A DNA stretch of 63,755 nucleotides, the filler included, from Phoronis australis (lineage: Eukaryota; Animalia; Phoronida): assembly GCA_002633005.1 (NCBI GenBank). It is 7 parts of 7 records of this genome, joined end to end, with 100 filler letters (N's around TTAATTAATTAA, not from the genome) between each part and the next. Parts side by side here need not be neighbours in the genome. Positions count along the whole stretch, not along the records: positions 41,394 to 54,140 come from NMRA01001456.1; positions 54,241 to 58,272 come from NMRA01002737.1; positions 58,373 to 59,885 come from NMRA01002016.1; positions 59,986 to 63,755 come from NMRA01002847.1; 3 more parts are not named here. One strand, given 5' to 3'. The translations under genes were made by a program, and so were the position numbers. This document shows positions 51,654 through 63,755 of the stretch, piece after piece (the stretch's first letter is position 1; each line of letters opens with the position of its first letter). The notes under the pieces are model-generated. The model made no database searches and was not told the origin of the DNA. It saw nothing but the letters and a program-made list of their open reading frames with translations.

Positions 51654-53327
51654 CACTTTGTTATTATTGTTAATCGAGGGTGGCCTTTGGCGGCACGGTT
51701 ACACACAATTACCGATTTTTCGGCAAAATTAGTCAACAAACCCGCTCATTCTGAAGCACCGACATGTTGCCCTGAGTTACAGGATGCAAGTACTGAGTTT
51801 TTTGGCCTCTGATATCTTTTCAGCTCCATTCGTAAAACCAACTTTGACAGTGTATATCATACTACATTCAAGGAGTTTTTAAACAATACATTGTTGGGTG
51901 TTAAAATCATGTTACAGTATTTTATGGAAAAGGTGTATCTGGCCTAAATTAAACGTTTAGGACTAAAAACAGGTGTGTTTATGTAACTTTCAAAAACCAT
52001 AATTGCTTGGTCAAGTGTCTGTTCATGTGTGTGCGTGTGTATGTGTGGGTGCGTGTGTGCGTGTATGTGTGTTTTCAATTCTTTCTACAATAATTCATTT
52101 GTGCAATACTTTTCTGTTGCCCATATGCCGTTTTTCGTTATTTCAATTTCTGAGAAGTAAGACTTCTGTTGCATGTACAAGAAGTATTTACCTGTACCCG
52201 TGAAATAAAATTTTGAAACGCTTAAAATTTACAATGTACCTTGTAAAAGAACCCAATCGATTATTTATCTTGGCGGACTGTTTTAAGTTTTGATTTGTTC
52301 CCCGTCTTCCGCCACATCATCTAAATAATCATCCCGCTTTTTGAGGCAGGGCCATAAAATTGATATATTATTATTATTATTTAATTGTAATTTCCTACGC
52401 GCTATAGTCATATTTTCCCTCTCAACTAAACAGAAAAAGCGAGACCTTTTATGGGTTTTTGCACAACCGGCAATTTCCCATTCAACTATTGAAAACGTCA
52501 TCAAAAACGCTGTCAGGCATTTCTGGGTGTTGCATCTCCCGTTCGACAAATGACGCTGTCGGTACGTCTTTGTGTGTTGCAGTGAACATTCCACGCTTAC
52601 GTTTTGGCGTAGACCCAGATGTCCTTCCTGCTTTTTATCCTGAAGTCCTACTTTTTAATCTACTTATTCGTTTTTTTTTTCTTTAATATTTATCTTATAT
52701 TTTCACTTTTTATGAATACTGTTTTTCCAGAGTACACTATCTTTAGTAACAATCGGAAAATGTGACCCTCTTGTTTACTGTAGCAAACATTGCCAAGAAT
52801 GGCGCAGATGAAGTAATATCCAACGAGACATTATTCAGCGCATTCGATAAGTGGAATAATGTCGGTTGGGACATCACTTCATGTACGCCAATCTAGGTAC
52901 CTTTTGCATTTATCAAATATGCTTCGAATTCTTAAGCTTCTTTCTTTTCTTTGGCAGATTTTGTACCAGATGGATGTTGTGTGATTATTTTGAGAAAGTT
53001 TGAAATTTGAACCGGCTAACGACGACGAGTAGACATTGACCTACCTTTTGAACTTTCCATTTCAGAGGGCACTGTTAAAGTAGTCTCGGCAAAAATTTGT
53101 AGAAATTAAGGTTCAGAATGAATTTTCCCTCGTACCTTTTAGAGTCTTTACTCGCGACGAGAAGTTTTATTCTGCAATATCCATGCGAAAGCGCTTAGCT
53201 AGAGGGACAGGTCGATCAAGTGGAGGTAATGGATTCACGAGAGTTGTGTGAATAAATTGTGCAGTAGCTTGAGTGTGTTCATTTCATATGTCATATGTCA
53301 TTTTCCGCTGCCAGGAAATGTAACGGG

Positions 53328-53626
53328 TGTAGGGATATCTCTTTCAGCGCCCTCTATATGTCAGTTCGGATATGTGTGAAGACTGGCTTCTAGTGTGACA
53401 GCTCAGTTTGTATTGTCATGTTTGACCTGTTGAAGTAAATATTATATTATTCACAAGACTGTAGTGTTATGTGCAGGGAGGGTTGGGGCGTGGTTAGCTT
53501 CTGTGCAACACATTATCGTATGGCCGTGTTGCATTCTACTTATTTAACGCGCACGGAATAAAGGTGTTTATTTCTAAACTTTTATGGAAAGTCCTACACC
53601 GCAACCAATATAGTGAGCTATCCACA
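53328..53626 (+). mobile_element. Possible short solo LTR
   Basis: TGTAGGGATA...TATCCACA ends and AATAAA at about 53557; no TSD. Confidence 0.3.
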
Positions 53627-54140
53627 ATACATTTCGTGAGAGATGTTCGTCCATTTTTATATATCAGAAAAGCTTTATCGGTAAATATCCGATAGATACT
53701 TTTATTAGATTAACTGCATTCTGAATGGTCACTGAATAACGTATATGTATGAAATGGTCCCAATAGTCCGTTTCTTCTAAAAATTTCACCTTTTTTTCTT
53801 TTGGACCAAAGTCACGGTTTTATAGTGACGCTTTGATAAGTAAAGAAACAACTTCATGTTGCAAGGTATATTGTAACAATTTCAGTAAAACCTGACTTAA
53901 ATGCGAGCAAATGATTACCAGTTAAGTACTAGTCCACGAGAGCACCAGCCATGAGCGGCAAGGTGGGGGTCAGCCGATTTTCACCAAATTTGGCACATAG
54001 GTAGTCCTATGGGATCTATAAACAGCGGTAAAATATTTCTTGAAAATATTGCGTTTTTCTAAAGTTATAGGCTCAAACACATTTTACGGCTTCGCAGCCA
54101 TGTTTTCACGGTATAAAAACTGTCCAGTTTTAACTGTTCA

Positions 54141-54240
54141 NNNNNNNNNNNNNNNNNNNNNNNNNNNNNNNNNNNNNNNNNNNNTTAATTAATTAANNNN
54201 NNNNNNNNNNNNNNNNNNNNNNNNNNNNNNNNNNNNNNNN
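54141..54240. other. Artificial contig spacer
   Basis: N44-TTAATTAATTAA-N44. Confidence 0.95.
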
Positions 54241-55077
54241 ATATAAGCTTTCAAATTGGATTCATTATGCTGCTTTGAGACGTGTGATTAAGTTGAAAGC
54301 TGATCCTTTGATTTCAAAATGCATACATCCCCAGTCAAGCGAAATTACCAATATGTTTTCTAGAAATATTTTGCTTTCCAAAATTGTTTCGCCTCCTGAT
54401 ATAGAGTACAGCTTAACTGATATTTACTCTAGACAACGAATTAATATGTTCTTCCACACAAACTCTTGTTACCTCCTTATGTTAAAACCTTCAAATATTT
54501 CTATATTCATAGAAAAGTGTTTACAAAACTTAATTTAAAAAAGATGAACTTAGTAAGTGATGACAATTGTGCATCTTGTGGAACTGTTGAGACATTTAAC
54601 CATATGTTTGCGGAATGTGGTTCTGTGAAAACTTTGTGATGTGAAATTCAGAAAATCTTAATTTACGTAACTGCACAACACGATTTAATCTTAGATAAAA
54701 ATGTTATTTTGACAGCATATTTTGGATGTAATTTTGAAGATATCAATACCATATTAACTATTTGCCAGTATTTCATTCATAAATGTTCTAGAGACCAGAT
54801 TATTCCTAGATATTCACAATTTCAATGTTTCTTGCATAACTATTGTAAAGTAAGAAATATACAACATAACTATTGTAAAGTAAGAAATATACAACCCTGT
54901 AAAACTGCCTTTAGGGAAACCCTCAATACTTATTTAGATTAGTTCAACCGTGAAGTTTTATTATTTAGATATGTGCATATGTGTGTGCCTGTGTTTCACT
55001 TGCATATCTCATTGTCCTATATCTTAGTGTATTTAGAAATAAAATGTTAATATGAAAAAAAATTAAAAAATAAAAAA
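54241..55077 (+). mobile_element. 3' end of an L1/Tx1-type LINE (zf-RVT region, UTR, poly-A)
   Basis: NCASCGTVETFNHMFAECGSVKTL* CCHC motif; AATAAA near 55038 then A-rich tail; 30-bp tandem duplication 54835-54894. Confidence 0.75.
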
Positions 55078-55469
55078 CTTTTGATTTAAGCCAATTCGAA
55101 ACTATTCGCCATTTGAAAACCTGGACTAGGGAACATCTAAATTCTGACAGAAGTTCACAAATTAATATTCAAGTGCAGAGCTCCAATCATTGTTATCAGC
55201 AATGCTCTTTCAATGACTTTGCTATAATGAACCAAGCAGAAACAACAAGGGAGCTGAAAATTCGTGATCGAATCATAACATATTTCTTAATTCCCAATCT
55301 TCCTCCATTTCTACTATACGCAAAGCACTAAGTAAGTAACAAGTTGGTAAATAATCTGTTTTGAATTTGCGTACTTTTGATTGGTCTTGCATACTTGCGT
55401 ATTACAAACCAAATTTCCATACAAATATCCATTTTTCGCGTATGGTACACAGGTCTGACAGACTCGAAA

Positions 55470-55832
55470 ACAAAAATGCCACTAGGTGATGCAAAATACA
55501 TAAAAACCATCTGAAAAAAGAAGGCAGCATCATCACCTCAATATATACCTATTTACCAAAAATCCCATGGAAATCCGCCAAGGAACTATGAAAATACAGA
55601 GGCAAATAAAACAAACTAAACTTGGTACTTGGGGTCACACCAGCAATTGGATCCATCCCAAAATTTGCCTATATGCCATCCCATCCACGATAGGGAAACA
55701 TCTGCAAATTTTCACAAACCTCCATCGTAAGGTTTTGGAAATACAGCAATGGACACTGGACAGATGGAGATGACAGCATAATGCGACATATAAGCATGGA
55801 CCCCTGCTGAAATGATGCAGGCGGGGATATTG
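55470..55832 (-). mobile_element. Helentron-associated (HINE-like) fragment
   Basis: GACAGA-like tract and cccctgc...gcaggcgggga hairpin end. Confidence 0.4.
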
Positions 55833-55880
55833 TTTGGCCTAAAACTAATTATGTCAGTGCCAAAATAGCAAACCACTTAA

Positions 55881-56693
55881 GGGCTGTTCCAGCAAAATCT
55901 GTATGGGAGGGGGGGGAGGCACTTTTATTTCGTACCCACCGCCCATATTTTTCATTTATTTCTCCAACCCATGACCCATAATTTTTTTATTATTTTTAAT
56001 AGGTTAAAATATAAAATCCAAAAGTTGCAAACAAATTGCCTCCAGGAGGACCTGTTAAGAACTTAGATGACTGACAGACAAGAACTAGTTGTCTTCTCCA
56101 ATATTGTCAAAAACTAAAGTAGCCTGTGAGCAATACATTTGGCAGCCACCAGGTGTCTCTGTTCACCAGGTGTCTATAATTTCAATGAACATTTTTTCAA
56201 TTATAAGCATCTGAGTCTCAAACTGTCTCCACGAACTCTTATACTTCTATGTCAAGTGAATATTGGAACTTGTTTATCTTACTCCTCATACTTTTTATTT
56301 AAAAATCATCAATTTTCTTATATGCGTTAACACCAGTTTAGTGTTGCATAACTTTTCAATTCAATAGGACTGCAGACAAACAGTTGGCTCAAATCAAGTT
56401 GCCCATGACTTGATTAATGGCTTAGTGAACATATTGCACTCTGTTCACTGGCAACATGGGCTTTTTTGTATTGAGATAAGTTAGGATATATGCCAATTGC
56501 ATTTTTTGAGATTTGACGCTGAAGTAACCAACCTGTCAACATTAACAGGTCAAAAAATACCACCCATTTTTAATGCATCACTTCTTACAGGAACGACCAC
56601 CCATAATTTGAGTTTTTTTCTGAAGACCACCACCCATGAATTTTTATTTCTACTGCCGTCCCCCCTCCCACACGGATTTTACTGGAACAGCCC
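55881..56693. mobile_element. PIF/Harbinger MITE
   Basis: About 35-bp TIR GGGCTGTTCCAG.AAAATC.GT.TGGGAGGGGGG; TAA TSD both sides. Confidence 0.9.
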
Positions 56694-56883
56694 TAAAATG
56701 ATCATTTTCTAAATGGTGTATATATACTAGCTCACCGGGTGCTGAGTACGGCATCATCACTCATCTCTCACAAGAAATGTACTACTTTTAGCAACCCACA
56801 AAAAGGACAATTGCCTCTACGCATTGGAGACTCAAGAGGGTGTAAAATAATCTCATACGAAAAAACAAAGAACTCATCCTTAC

Positions 56884-57091
56884 CTGATCCCATCTTGAGC
56901 CTCTCGGTGATAACACAACCTGCCGTAAGCAGCACAGCAGACCAGTTGTCGCAATACTCTTTTGAGTTGTGAGAGATGAATACTCTGACACCACGTAGCA
57001 AGCTCCCCCTGTTGTGCCATTCCATCAACTGACAACGCTCTATGCTAACACCCGCCGGCAAGATATAGCTTTTGTAGTCTTGCCTCTTTTT
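56884..57091 (-). CDS. TP53BP1: TP53-binding protein 1, BRCT linker/BRCT2 exon
   Basis: ttacag| KKRQDYKSYILPAGVSIERCQLMEWHNRGSLLRGVRVFISHNSKEYCDNWSAVLLTAG... G|GTAAG; resembles 53BP1 YRNYLLPAGYSLE...W..ILMTGG. Confidence 0.85.
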
Positions 57092-57863
57092 CTGTAATTA
57101 AAATTGTGAAGATTTTAAATCGCCACTGTCACAAAAAGCACGGCTTATGAAAACACACAATCTATTGCAAAATTAAATCCACATGCATCATCTTTGAAAA
57201 TAGTCGTTTTGGTTCGTGTCTTGCCGTGCAACATGTTTGTTTTTTAATACTACCAACTAGCATTCCTAATCACGAATGATAAAAGATTTGGAGTTCATAG
57301 ATTGCTTCAGTAGCACACGCACACCCACACTGAAACCAACTGTATTGACAGTGTGTTGCTCATGCTGACGAAAGCACTGTATGCAACAATTCCTTTTTTT
57401 TTAAGTTTGGATTATGAAGACAGCATTTTATATTACCCCCGAAATTGCAATGTTCAAGCACGAAGAAACCACATCAGCACAGAAGGAATGACAAGTTATT
57501 AGAATGCTAACATGCCGTATTAAAAAACAATAACAAAGGGTGCCACAGACAGCACTGCATGGGACACCAAAATATAAAATGCTTAAAAATGACTTGCTAC
57601 ATGCAGTATGGGTTATGGGTTGTCAAAAACTGGTATTGCGCGAAATAAAAGTGTGCAGGCATTGAAATTAAATTGCCTGTTTATGTGTCATGTAGAGTGT
57701 TGTAGTTAGAGTGTAAATGTGCGCAAGTCAACTTGGTAGCAGGTGTGAAATGAAGATGGACGAAGAGCTAGTTACTTCGTAGTTCAAACAATTGACATCA
57801 TCAGGACCTAACCTCTGAGTTTTGCATACTTTTCAAAGATCCATGAAAAGACACAGGCCTTAC

Positions 57864-57986
57864 CAACTTGCAACTGTCCATGATCCAACAGTGAGAAACG
57901 CATGGTACGTTGGCAGCCAGACAATGCAAGTATTTCATCGTCCTTTGGTAAGTGTCTGAGATGAGAAAACACTTCTTATAAGGCAC
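57864..57986 (-). CDS. TP53BP1: TP53-binding protein 1, BRCT1 C-terminal exon
   Basis: tttcag| VPYKKCFLISDTYQRTMKYLHCLAANVPCVSHCWIMDSCKL |GTAAG; resembles 53BP1 CLLIAD..CRTRKYFLCLASGIPCVSHVWVHDSC; phase 0 join to next exon. Confidence 0.88.
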
Positions 57987-58272
57987 CTGAAATGAATTGA
58001 GGTTTTAATGTTTACAATTTGAGTAAAATCAAGGAACGTGTTCAGTTCCATGTGACTCGAGTTATACTAAACAGTAGACGCTGATTAAAACTTCCATGAA
58101 ACTGCCTTTTGTGAAAAACTAACTTTTCAATTAGTTCACTTACTATGACAAAATTTATCTAAAATTGTTCCTTACTCAGCTTGGAAGTTGTTTCGGCGAA
58201 TAGACAGAACTGACTGTCATCATTGCTTGTAAACAGGCCAAGTAGGTGCCAACCCCAGCTTCAAGCAATAAC

Positions 58273-58372
58273 NNNNNNNNNNNNNNNNNNNNNNNNNNNN
58301 NNNNNNNNNNNNNNNNTTAATTAATTAANNNNNNNNNNNNNNNNNNNNNNNNNNNNNNNNNNNNNNNNNNNN
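58273..58372. other. Artificial contig spacer
   Basis: N44-TTAATTAATTAA-N44. Confidence 0.95.
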
Positions 58373-59885
58373 GGCAGACGCCGGTAAAATGTAAACACCA
58401 AAATTTCAGTAACACTGGTCAAAGTATCACCTAAAAATTGATGCAAACGGACCAACAAATTTGTTAATGATACCACACCAACAAGAAAAAAACACAACTC
58501 TAGAATTCACTTTCAACTATTTGTGCTATTCGCTTATGTTAGGTCGGCATAAGAGAGACTATCAAACGGTAATGAGTAATTCGTGTCAAAACGGCGATAA
58601 CACACGATTACACAAAACTTCACACCACAAAATGAATCATTTCAAAATTCGTTAAAATTGAAAAAGCGCATGTTTTGATAGTCGGGAACCCTCTATGTGC
58701 GTCGAATACGCAAGTCCAGCTTTTTATTGGGAAACCATATTTAAAAAGCGCCTATTGAGGCGCTCTTTTTGGGTTGACATCGCAAACTCGACATTTGCTA
58801 TTGAGAAAACGCATTTTTACAAAAGAGAATCAGTTGTCTGGAACGTTTCATGTTCGTCAACAACGCAAACCAGACCCACTCATTGGAAAGCCCATGTTTG
58901 TCTCAAGGAGGACTCTTTTTCACAACGCAGCCCGCTATTTCAAGTGAGATAAGCATTTTTTAAAAGATCCCGTCACTTGCCCAGAACGGTTTTCGAGCAT
59001 CGCAATGCAAGCCCAATATTTCATATGGAGAATGCGCATCTTTGAAAATAAGAAGCAACTTGTCGGGAACGCACATTTCTTAATGGGAAAGCAAGATTTT
59101 CAAAAATAAATCGCGCAGACCGCTTCAGTCTCATTGACCTGCAAGTATACTGATATCAAATGACCGAGCCAGCAATGTTGATACTACGACCGCTCATCGA
59201 AATAATGTACACCCACCAAATTTGGACACTAGCTGAAACCCAAATCGGGAGGTCTGCCAAATTCGGACACCACAAAAATGATGTTTTGCGAGATTCGTCC
59301 AAGAATGATTTTTTCTATCGGAATTAATTGTCAGTGCCCGAAAATCGCGCGACTTTACCCTAGTTTTTCAAATTTAACAAAACAAAAAGAAAAGGAGCCA
59401 TGCTCCTACTGCTCAATTAGGGTTGTGGAAATGCGTTGCGCAGAAACTTCAAATTGTATAAAAAATTGACAAATAATTAAGAAAAACCAAAACGATCGAG
59501 TTCTTATTTATTTGAATCATGTCCCCCTTGAGTAGCAGAGAGTTTACTCTAGCCGAACTGAGATAAGAGAATTCATGTCGCCGCCCATTTCTTTTCAGTG
59601 CTGTGGTCTTCCGCTACTTGCAACCGATACCCGTATACAAATTTTATGTTATCTGATAATTAAGCCATGTTATAATTTTAATTTAATTACCAACGTCGTC
59701 ACTGTACAATATCATTTCAGTTTACTCCTGTTAACGACGCCGGCTGACTAACTGTGTTCTGTAGACGTTCTGCAGCTGATTTGCGTGTGTCGCATGCCAA
59801 TCTTTCGATATTCCAATCAAATATATTCTCGACACAATAGGAGTCAGAACCATTTTGCCTAGTTGGCATTTTATCTGGCATACAC

Positions 59886-59985
59886 NNNNNNNNNNNNNNN
59901 NNNNNNNNNNNNNNNNNNNNNNNNNNNNNTTAATTAATTAANNNNNNNNNNNNNNNNNNNNNNNNNNNNNNNNNNNNNNNNNNNN
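59886..59985. other. Artificial contig spacer
   Basis: N44-TTAATTAATTAA-N44. Confidence 0.95.
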
Positions 59986-61308
59986 TACACAATTTTTGTC
60001 ATTTTTGGCGTGAACTTGGGACAAAAAGAGTAGGTCACATTGCATCTGTATCTGCCAAACTGCTTGAAGTATCAATAAGAAAATTGGTAGACGAGCTCCT
60101 ACTGGGAAGAGTAGGGCTGAGGTTACTTTTCAGATGACTAACTACTGTAGAACCCCCTGATGCCATTTTTGTGTCTCCAGCTGATCTCTTAATTCCCTTG
60201 AAGGATCTTTGTGAAATTTGGCAACTGAAGTCTTATGAACGTGACAACAAATGAAGATGATTTTCAGACTGATATGACCTACTTTGCCCCCAAGTGGCAA
60301 TTTTAGTTTCTTACATTTTCCTCGATATCTTGGGGAGTTCCTTGTTTGATTTTCATGAAATTTGACAAACAAGTTGCTGTTAAGTTGACGATGGCGCCTT
60401 CTTATTTTCGGGTGGAATGGATGTTATGTACGCCACCTGGTCGCCATTTTTATACGCCCACATATTTACGCATTATGCTGTTATTCCTGTTTGTCCAGGT
60501 TCCACTAACATATCTCCAAAACCTCTGGATCGATGTATGTTCATGAAGTTTTGCAAATACGTTCCTTTCAGGGATGGGACGGCACGAACGAATTTTGTAC
60601 GGACATGATTACCAGTAGTAGCATTTGCATTGTTAATGGGTTTTCATGAAATTTTGTGCGATGACACTACCTTCCTGTTTTCAGATTGATTTGACATGTG
60701 TAACACCCCCTAGTGGCCATTTTTACTGTTTTTGAGTCTGTTTCTTTGTCATCCGCCCTCTATTTGGCCACCGGTTTGCTACCTAATGGCAATTTTGTTG
60801 CTTGTCGTTTTTCTATACCTTTGGATTTTCTTGACGAATTTTCATGAAATTTGGCACTTATCTTGTAAAGAGGTGATGGCATTCCCGTTTTCATATGGAT
60901 TTAACATAGCTTACATCTCCAGTGGCTGTTTTTATTATTTTTGTCTTTGTTTTTGGCGTTCATCTCTATCTGCAAAATCACCGTAAGAATTATTATGAAA
61001 ATTGGTATACGAATATGTTACTACCGGGAAAAGCGTGGCTAACAATGATTTTTGGACAGTTTGACTATTGTGGCGTCCCCTGTTAGCAGTTTTGATTTTT
61101 TTTCTCTTAAACCCGTGGAGAATCTTTTTGAAATTTGGCAAGTGCATTACTGTGAATATGACAACTGATGACCACTTGTTTTGGAATACATGGCTACCAC
61201 TGTGGCCCCTAGGGACAGTTTTAATTTTTTATGGTCTTGGCAGGTGTGTTTGTTTGAGGAGAGCACTGCTGACTTGCTACACACCTCCTAGAGGCGATTT
61301 TAAGTTTA
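59986..61308 (+). mobile_element. Helentron-associated element with degenerate internal tandem array
   Basis: Recurrent tttcatgaaatttggca / gccattttt cores; terminal cctcctagagg hairpin. Confidence 0.45.
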
Positions 61309-61977
61309 AGTGCATTGCCACCTTTAGTGGGAATGTTTTAAAAAATCGTAATCATCCCTTTTATATCGTTCACACGGTGGGCTCATTAAATTGACATGAG
61401 TTAAATGTAGATGCAAAAACAAAGGTTAGTGTTGATTTGAAAAACCTTAAAGTACAAGGGCTCTGGGTCAGCTGATTTCACTTGCTCCTTGCTGTATGAA
61501 AAACTCTCGGTTAGAAGAATTATGATATGAATGCAGAAGTCGTAATAGTGCATTCTGTAAAGTTCTACAAAACATTTGTGAAAGCAAGCTCATATAAAAC
61601 TAGTGAAATGCAAGACAGTGTTTTACATGTTACGGTCAGGACCTCATCAACATACAACTAGCAAAATGGCGACCACAGAAGTAATTGATTTTTGAGGCTG
61701 GTTTGTTGAATTATAGGACAAAAATTCACGTTTTTTTCCATGGATTTCTCATCGCAAGTGCCTCTCATGTGAGTTGAGACTAGGGAAGGCAACCTTGATG
61801 AAATCTGTGACCCAATGTGACCAATGGCTACTGACTTTGTGATTAGTAATTATTGGCCATTAGCTATTGACCATCAGTGACCTGCAGCGATTGATCATGT
61901 GACCAATGGCTGTTGCTTTGCAAAAATTGCCCATTGTTCCATGTTTGTAATTACAGCAGTGGACCTTCTGTTTCAGA

Positions 61978-62064
61978 ATGCCTGGTGAAGCTGACATAGC
62001 GTTGATTGGTCTGGCTGTAATGGGCCAGAACTTGATATTGAACATGAATGATCATGGATTTGTT
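61978..62064 (+). CDS. PGD: 6-phosphogluconate dehydrogenase, first coding exon
   Basis: MPGEADIALIGLAVMGQNLILNMNDHGFV |GTGAGT; ATG lies just after a tttcag acceptor. Confidence 0.97.
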
Positions 62065-62396
62065 GTGAGTATGACAATCAGTCATCAAAATGTTTTCGTT
62101 CGTTGGTCATTCAGAAGTCTAACTGGCATTGACCTGTTTGCGAATAACAGAAAGAAAACCTGCTTAGTAAGCTGACTTTTGGTGTTCAATAGATGCTACC
62201 TGTTCACTCTCACCTGTGATAAACTTCTTGCAGTTTTAAATGAAGTCATTTCTACAGATTGTTTATCTGCATCTACTAGCAGTGCTGCTTTGATTGGCTG
62301 CTGTTTCCACACATCCTCTGTGTATATGATGTCTTATCCTATCTGTAAAAAGGTTACTGGTGACAGCCGTTATTGACCTTTCACCTCTGACCTTAG

Positions 62397-62576
62397 GTGT
62401 GTGCTTACAACAGAACTGTTGAGAAGGTCCATGCATTCCTGGCTAACGAGGCAAAGGGGACAAACGTGATAGGGGCCAACTCGCTGGAAGAAATGGTGTC
62501 TTCACTGAAGAAACCTCGCAGGGTCATGCTTCTGGTGAAGGCTGGCTCAGCTGTCGATGCCTTCATTGACAAACTG
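62397..62576 (+). CDS. PGD: 6-phosphogluconate dehydrogenase, coding exon 2 (180 bp)
   Basis: VCAYNRTVEKVHAFLANEAKGTNVIGANSLEEMVSSLKKPRRVMLLVKAGSAVDAFIDKL. Confidence 0.97.
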
Positions 62577-62774
62577 GTGAGGAAAGTATAGGATCATTTC
62601 CTAAGCGCTAGAATCATGTACTTGTTTGGTTTGCAGGTAAACAAAAATATTGATCACATGCTGAGTTTGACCTATATTAATGTTTCTTGGAAAGTTTGTT
62701 GAATGGCTTAGTTAGCGTTAAAATTTAACACAATTAGATAAAGACATTTAAACCTAACCAATGAATCCTGTTCA

Positions 62775-63158
62775 TTTTTATGTGCCCACATATTATATAG
62801 ATATGTGCATGCATATCGCTGTCATCCCTGCAGGTGTCCACTTGTCTGGAATCCACTACTGTATCTCCTAAATCCTTGGATGCAGTATCTTCAGGAAAGT
62901 TGGTAGCTAACAACATATGCCAATGACTTTTGGGTGTATCCGACTATCATTGCGCTCCCTTGTGGCACTTGTAGTTTTTTACATTTGTCTCTCTATCTTC
63001 AAAGTTTCCTTGTTGGAATTTTATGAAATTTGGCATATAGTTTTGTATTAGAGAGACGACTCTAATGGCCATTTTTATGATACTGATAAACACCATAGAA
63101 GCATACCGTTTGCAGTACAGTTGTGGGCACAAATTCAATTCTTTGCGTTGCTCTCGTT
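62775..63158 (+). mobile_element. Complete short HINE/DINE-like element in PGD intron
   Basis: T-run start, subterminal inverted repeat TGTGCCCACA (62781) / TGTGGGCACA (63122), ends ctctcgtt. Confidence 0.65.
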
Positions 63159-63264
63159 GTATATGTGGGCTTACTATATTCTTGTTGAATTCAAATTAAT
63201 AAAACCCTCAATTTTTTAGAAGGTTGAAAAATACTGTATGGCATTTTGATTTTGTATTTTTCAG

Positions 63265-63330
63265 GTTCCTCTTTTAGAGGCTGGTGATATCATCATAGAT
63301 GGTGGAAATTCAGAATATAAAGATTCAAAT
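63265..63330 (+). CDS. PGD: 6-phosphogluconate dehydrogenase, coding exon 3 (66 bp); gene continues beyond window
   Basis: tttcag| VPLLEAGDIIIDGGNSEYKDSN |GTACGT. Confidence 0.96.
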
Positions 63331-63540
63331 GTACGTTACACTCTCGGGCCTCTTTTAATGTCCTGGTGCAATTGGCTAAAAATATTATCCTGGTTAGGGC
63401 ATTGCTTGAAATTGTGAACTTTGTACATTATAAGTCAAGAGATTTGTATGAATTAAGCTTATTTGTACGCTGTCTTCCTGACTTGATATCTTAGAGTTAA
63501 AGATTATATAGCATGCTTCAATCATTTCATATATTTGTGA

Positions 63541-63755
63541 AAATTGTGCTGTGCTGGCCTTCATTGTGTGAGTTGGGTGCACTCTGTGTAGGCTCAGTAC
63601 TAAATTAAATTGTGCTGTGCTGGCCTTCATTGTGTGAGTTGCGTGCACTCGGTGTAGGCTCAGTACTAAATTAAATTATGCTGTGGTGGCCTTCATTGTG
63701 TGAGTTGGGTGCACTCGGTGTAGGCTCAGTACTAAATTAAATTGTGCTGTGCTGG
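63541..63755. repeat. 66-bp minisatellite, at least 3.3 copies, in PGD intron
   Basis: Units start 63541, 63607, 63673, 63739. Confidence 0.95.

Noticed and set aside
58200-58272. LEAGVGTYL on minus strand as the preceding TP53BP1 exon
   Set aside because: Short similarity only and no suitable GT donor in phase
56884-62064. Head-to-head TP53BP1/PGD gene pair
   Set aside because: Two artificial spacers lie between them, so adjacency is unsupported

Overview
AT-rich (by eye), intron-rich, transposon-dense metazoan (probably lophotrochozoan invertebrate) genomic DNA. The window is not one locus: six identical artificial spacers (44 N + TTAATTAATTAA + 44 N) join seven separate contigs, and three small N gaps are flanked by duplicated sequence (assembly or haplotype overlaps). 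Recognisable host genes, all partial: a Pelle/IRAK death-domain gene (3 exons, +), two tandem-BRCT exons of TP53BP1 (-), the first three coding exons of 6-phosphogluconate dehydrogenase (+), and the 3' exons of a single-pass membrane protein with a Ser/Thr stalk (-). A five-exon, apparently decaying gene of unrecognised family lies at 30.7-36.3 kb. The rest is mostly DNA-transposon debris: two decayed hAT elements with 5-bp TSDs and an intron-containing transposase, Kolobok, PIF/Harbinger, ISL2EU-like, Academ-like, hAT MITEs and Helentron-type elements. There are also LTR and LINE fragments, mini/microsatellites and a hammerhead-like core. No CRISPR, rRNA or intact tRNA gene was seen. I found no convincing novel multi-gene system; the best leads are the orphan spliced gene, the 5-bp-TSD hAT family and the hammerhead-like motif downstream of the membrane-protein stop codon.
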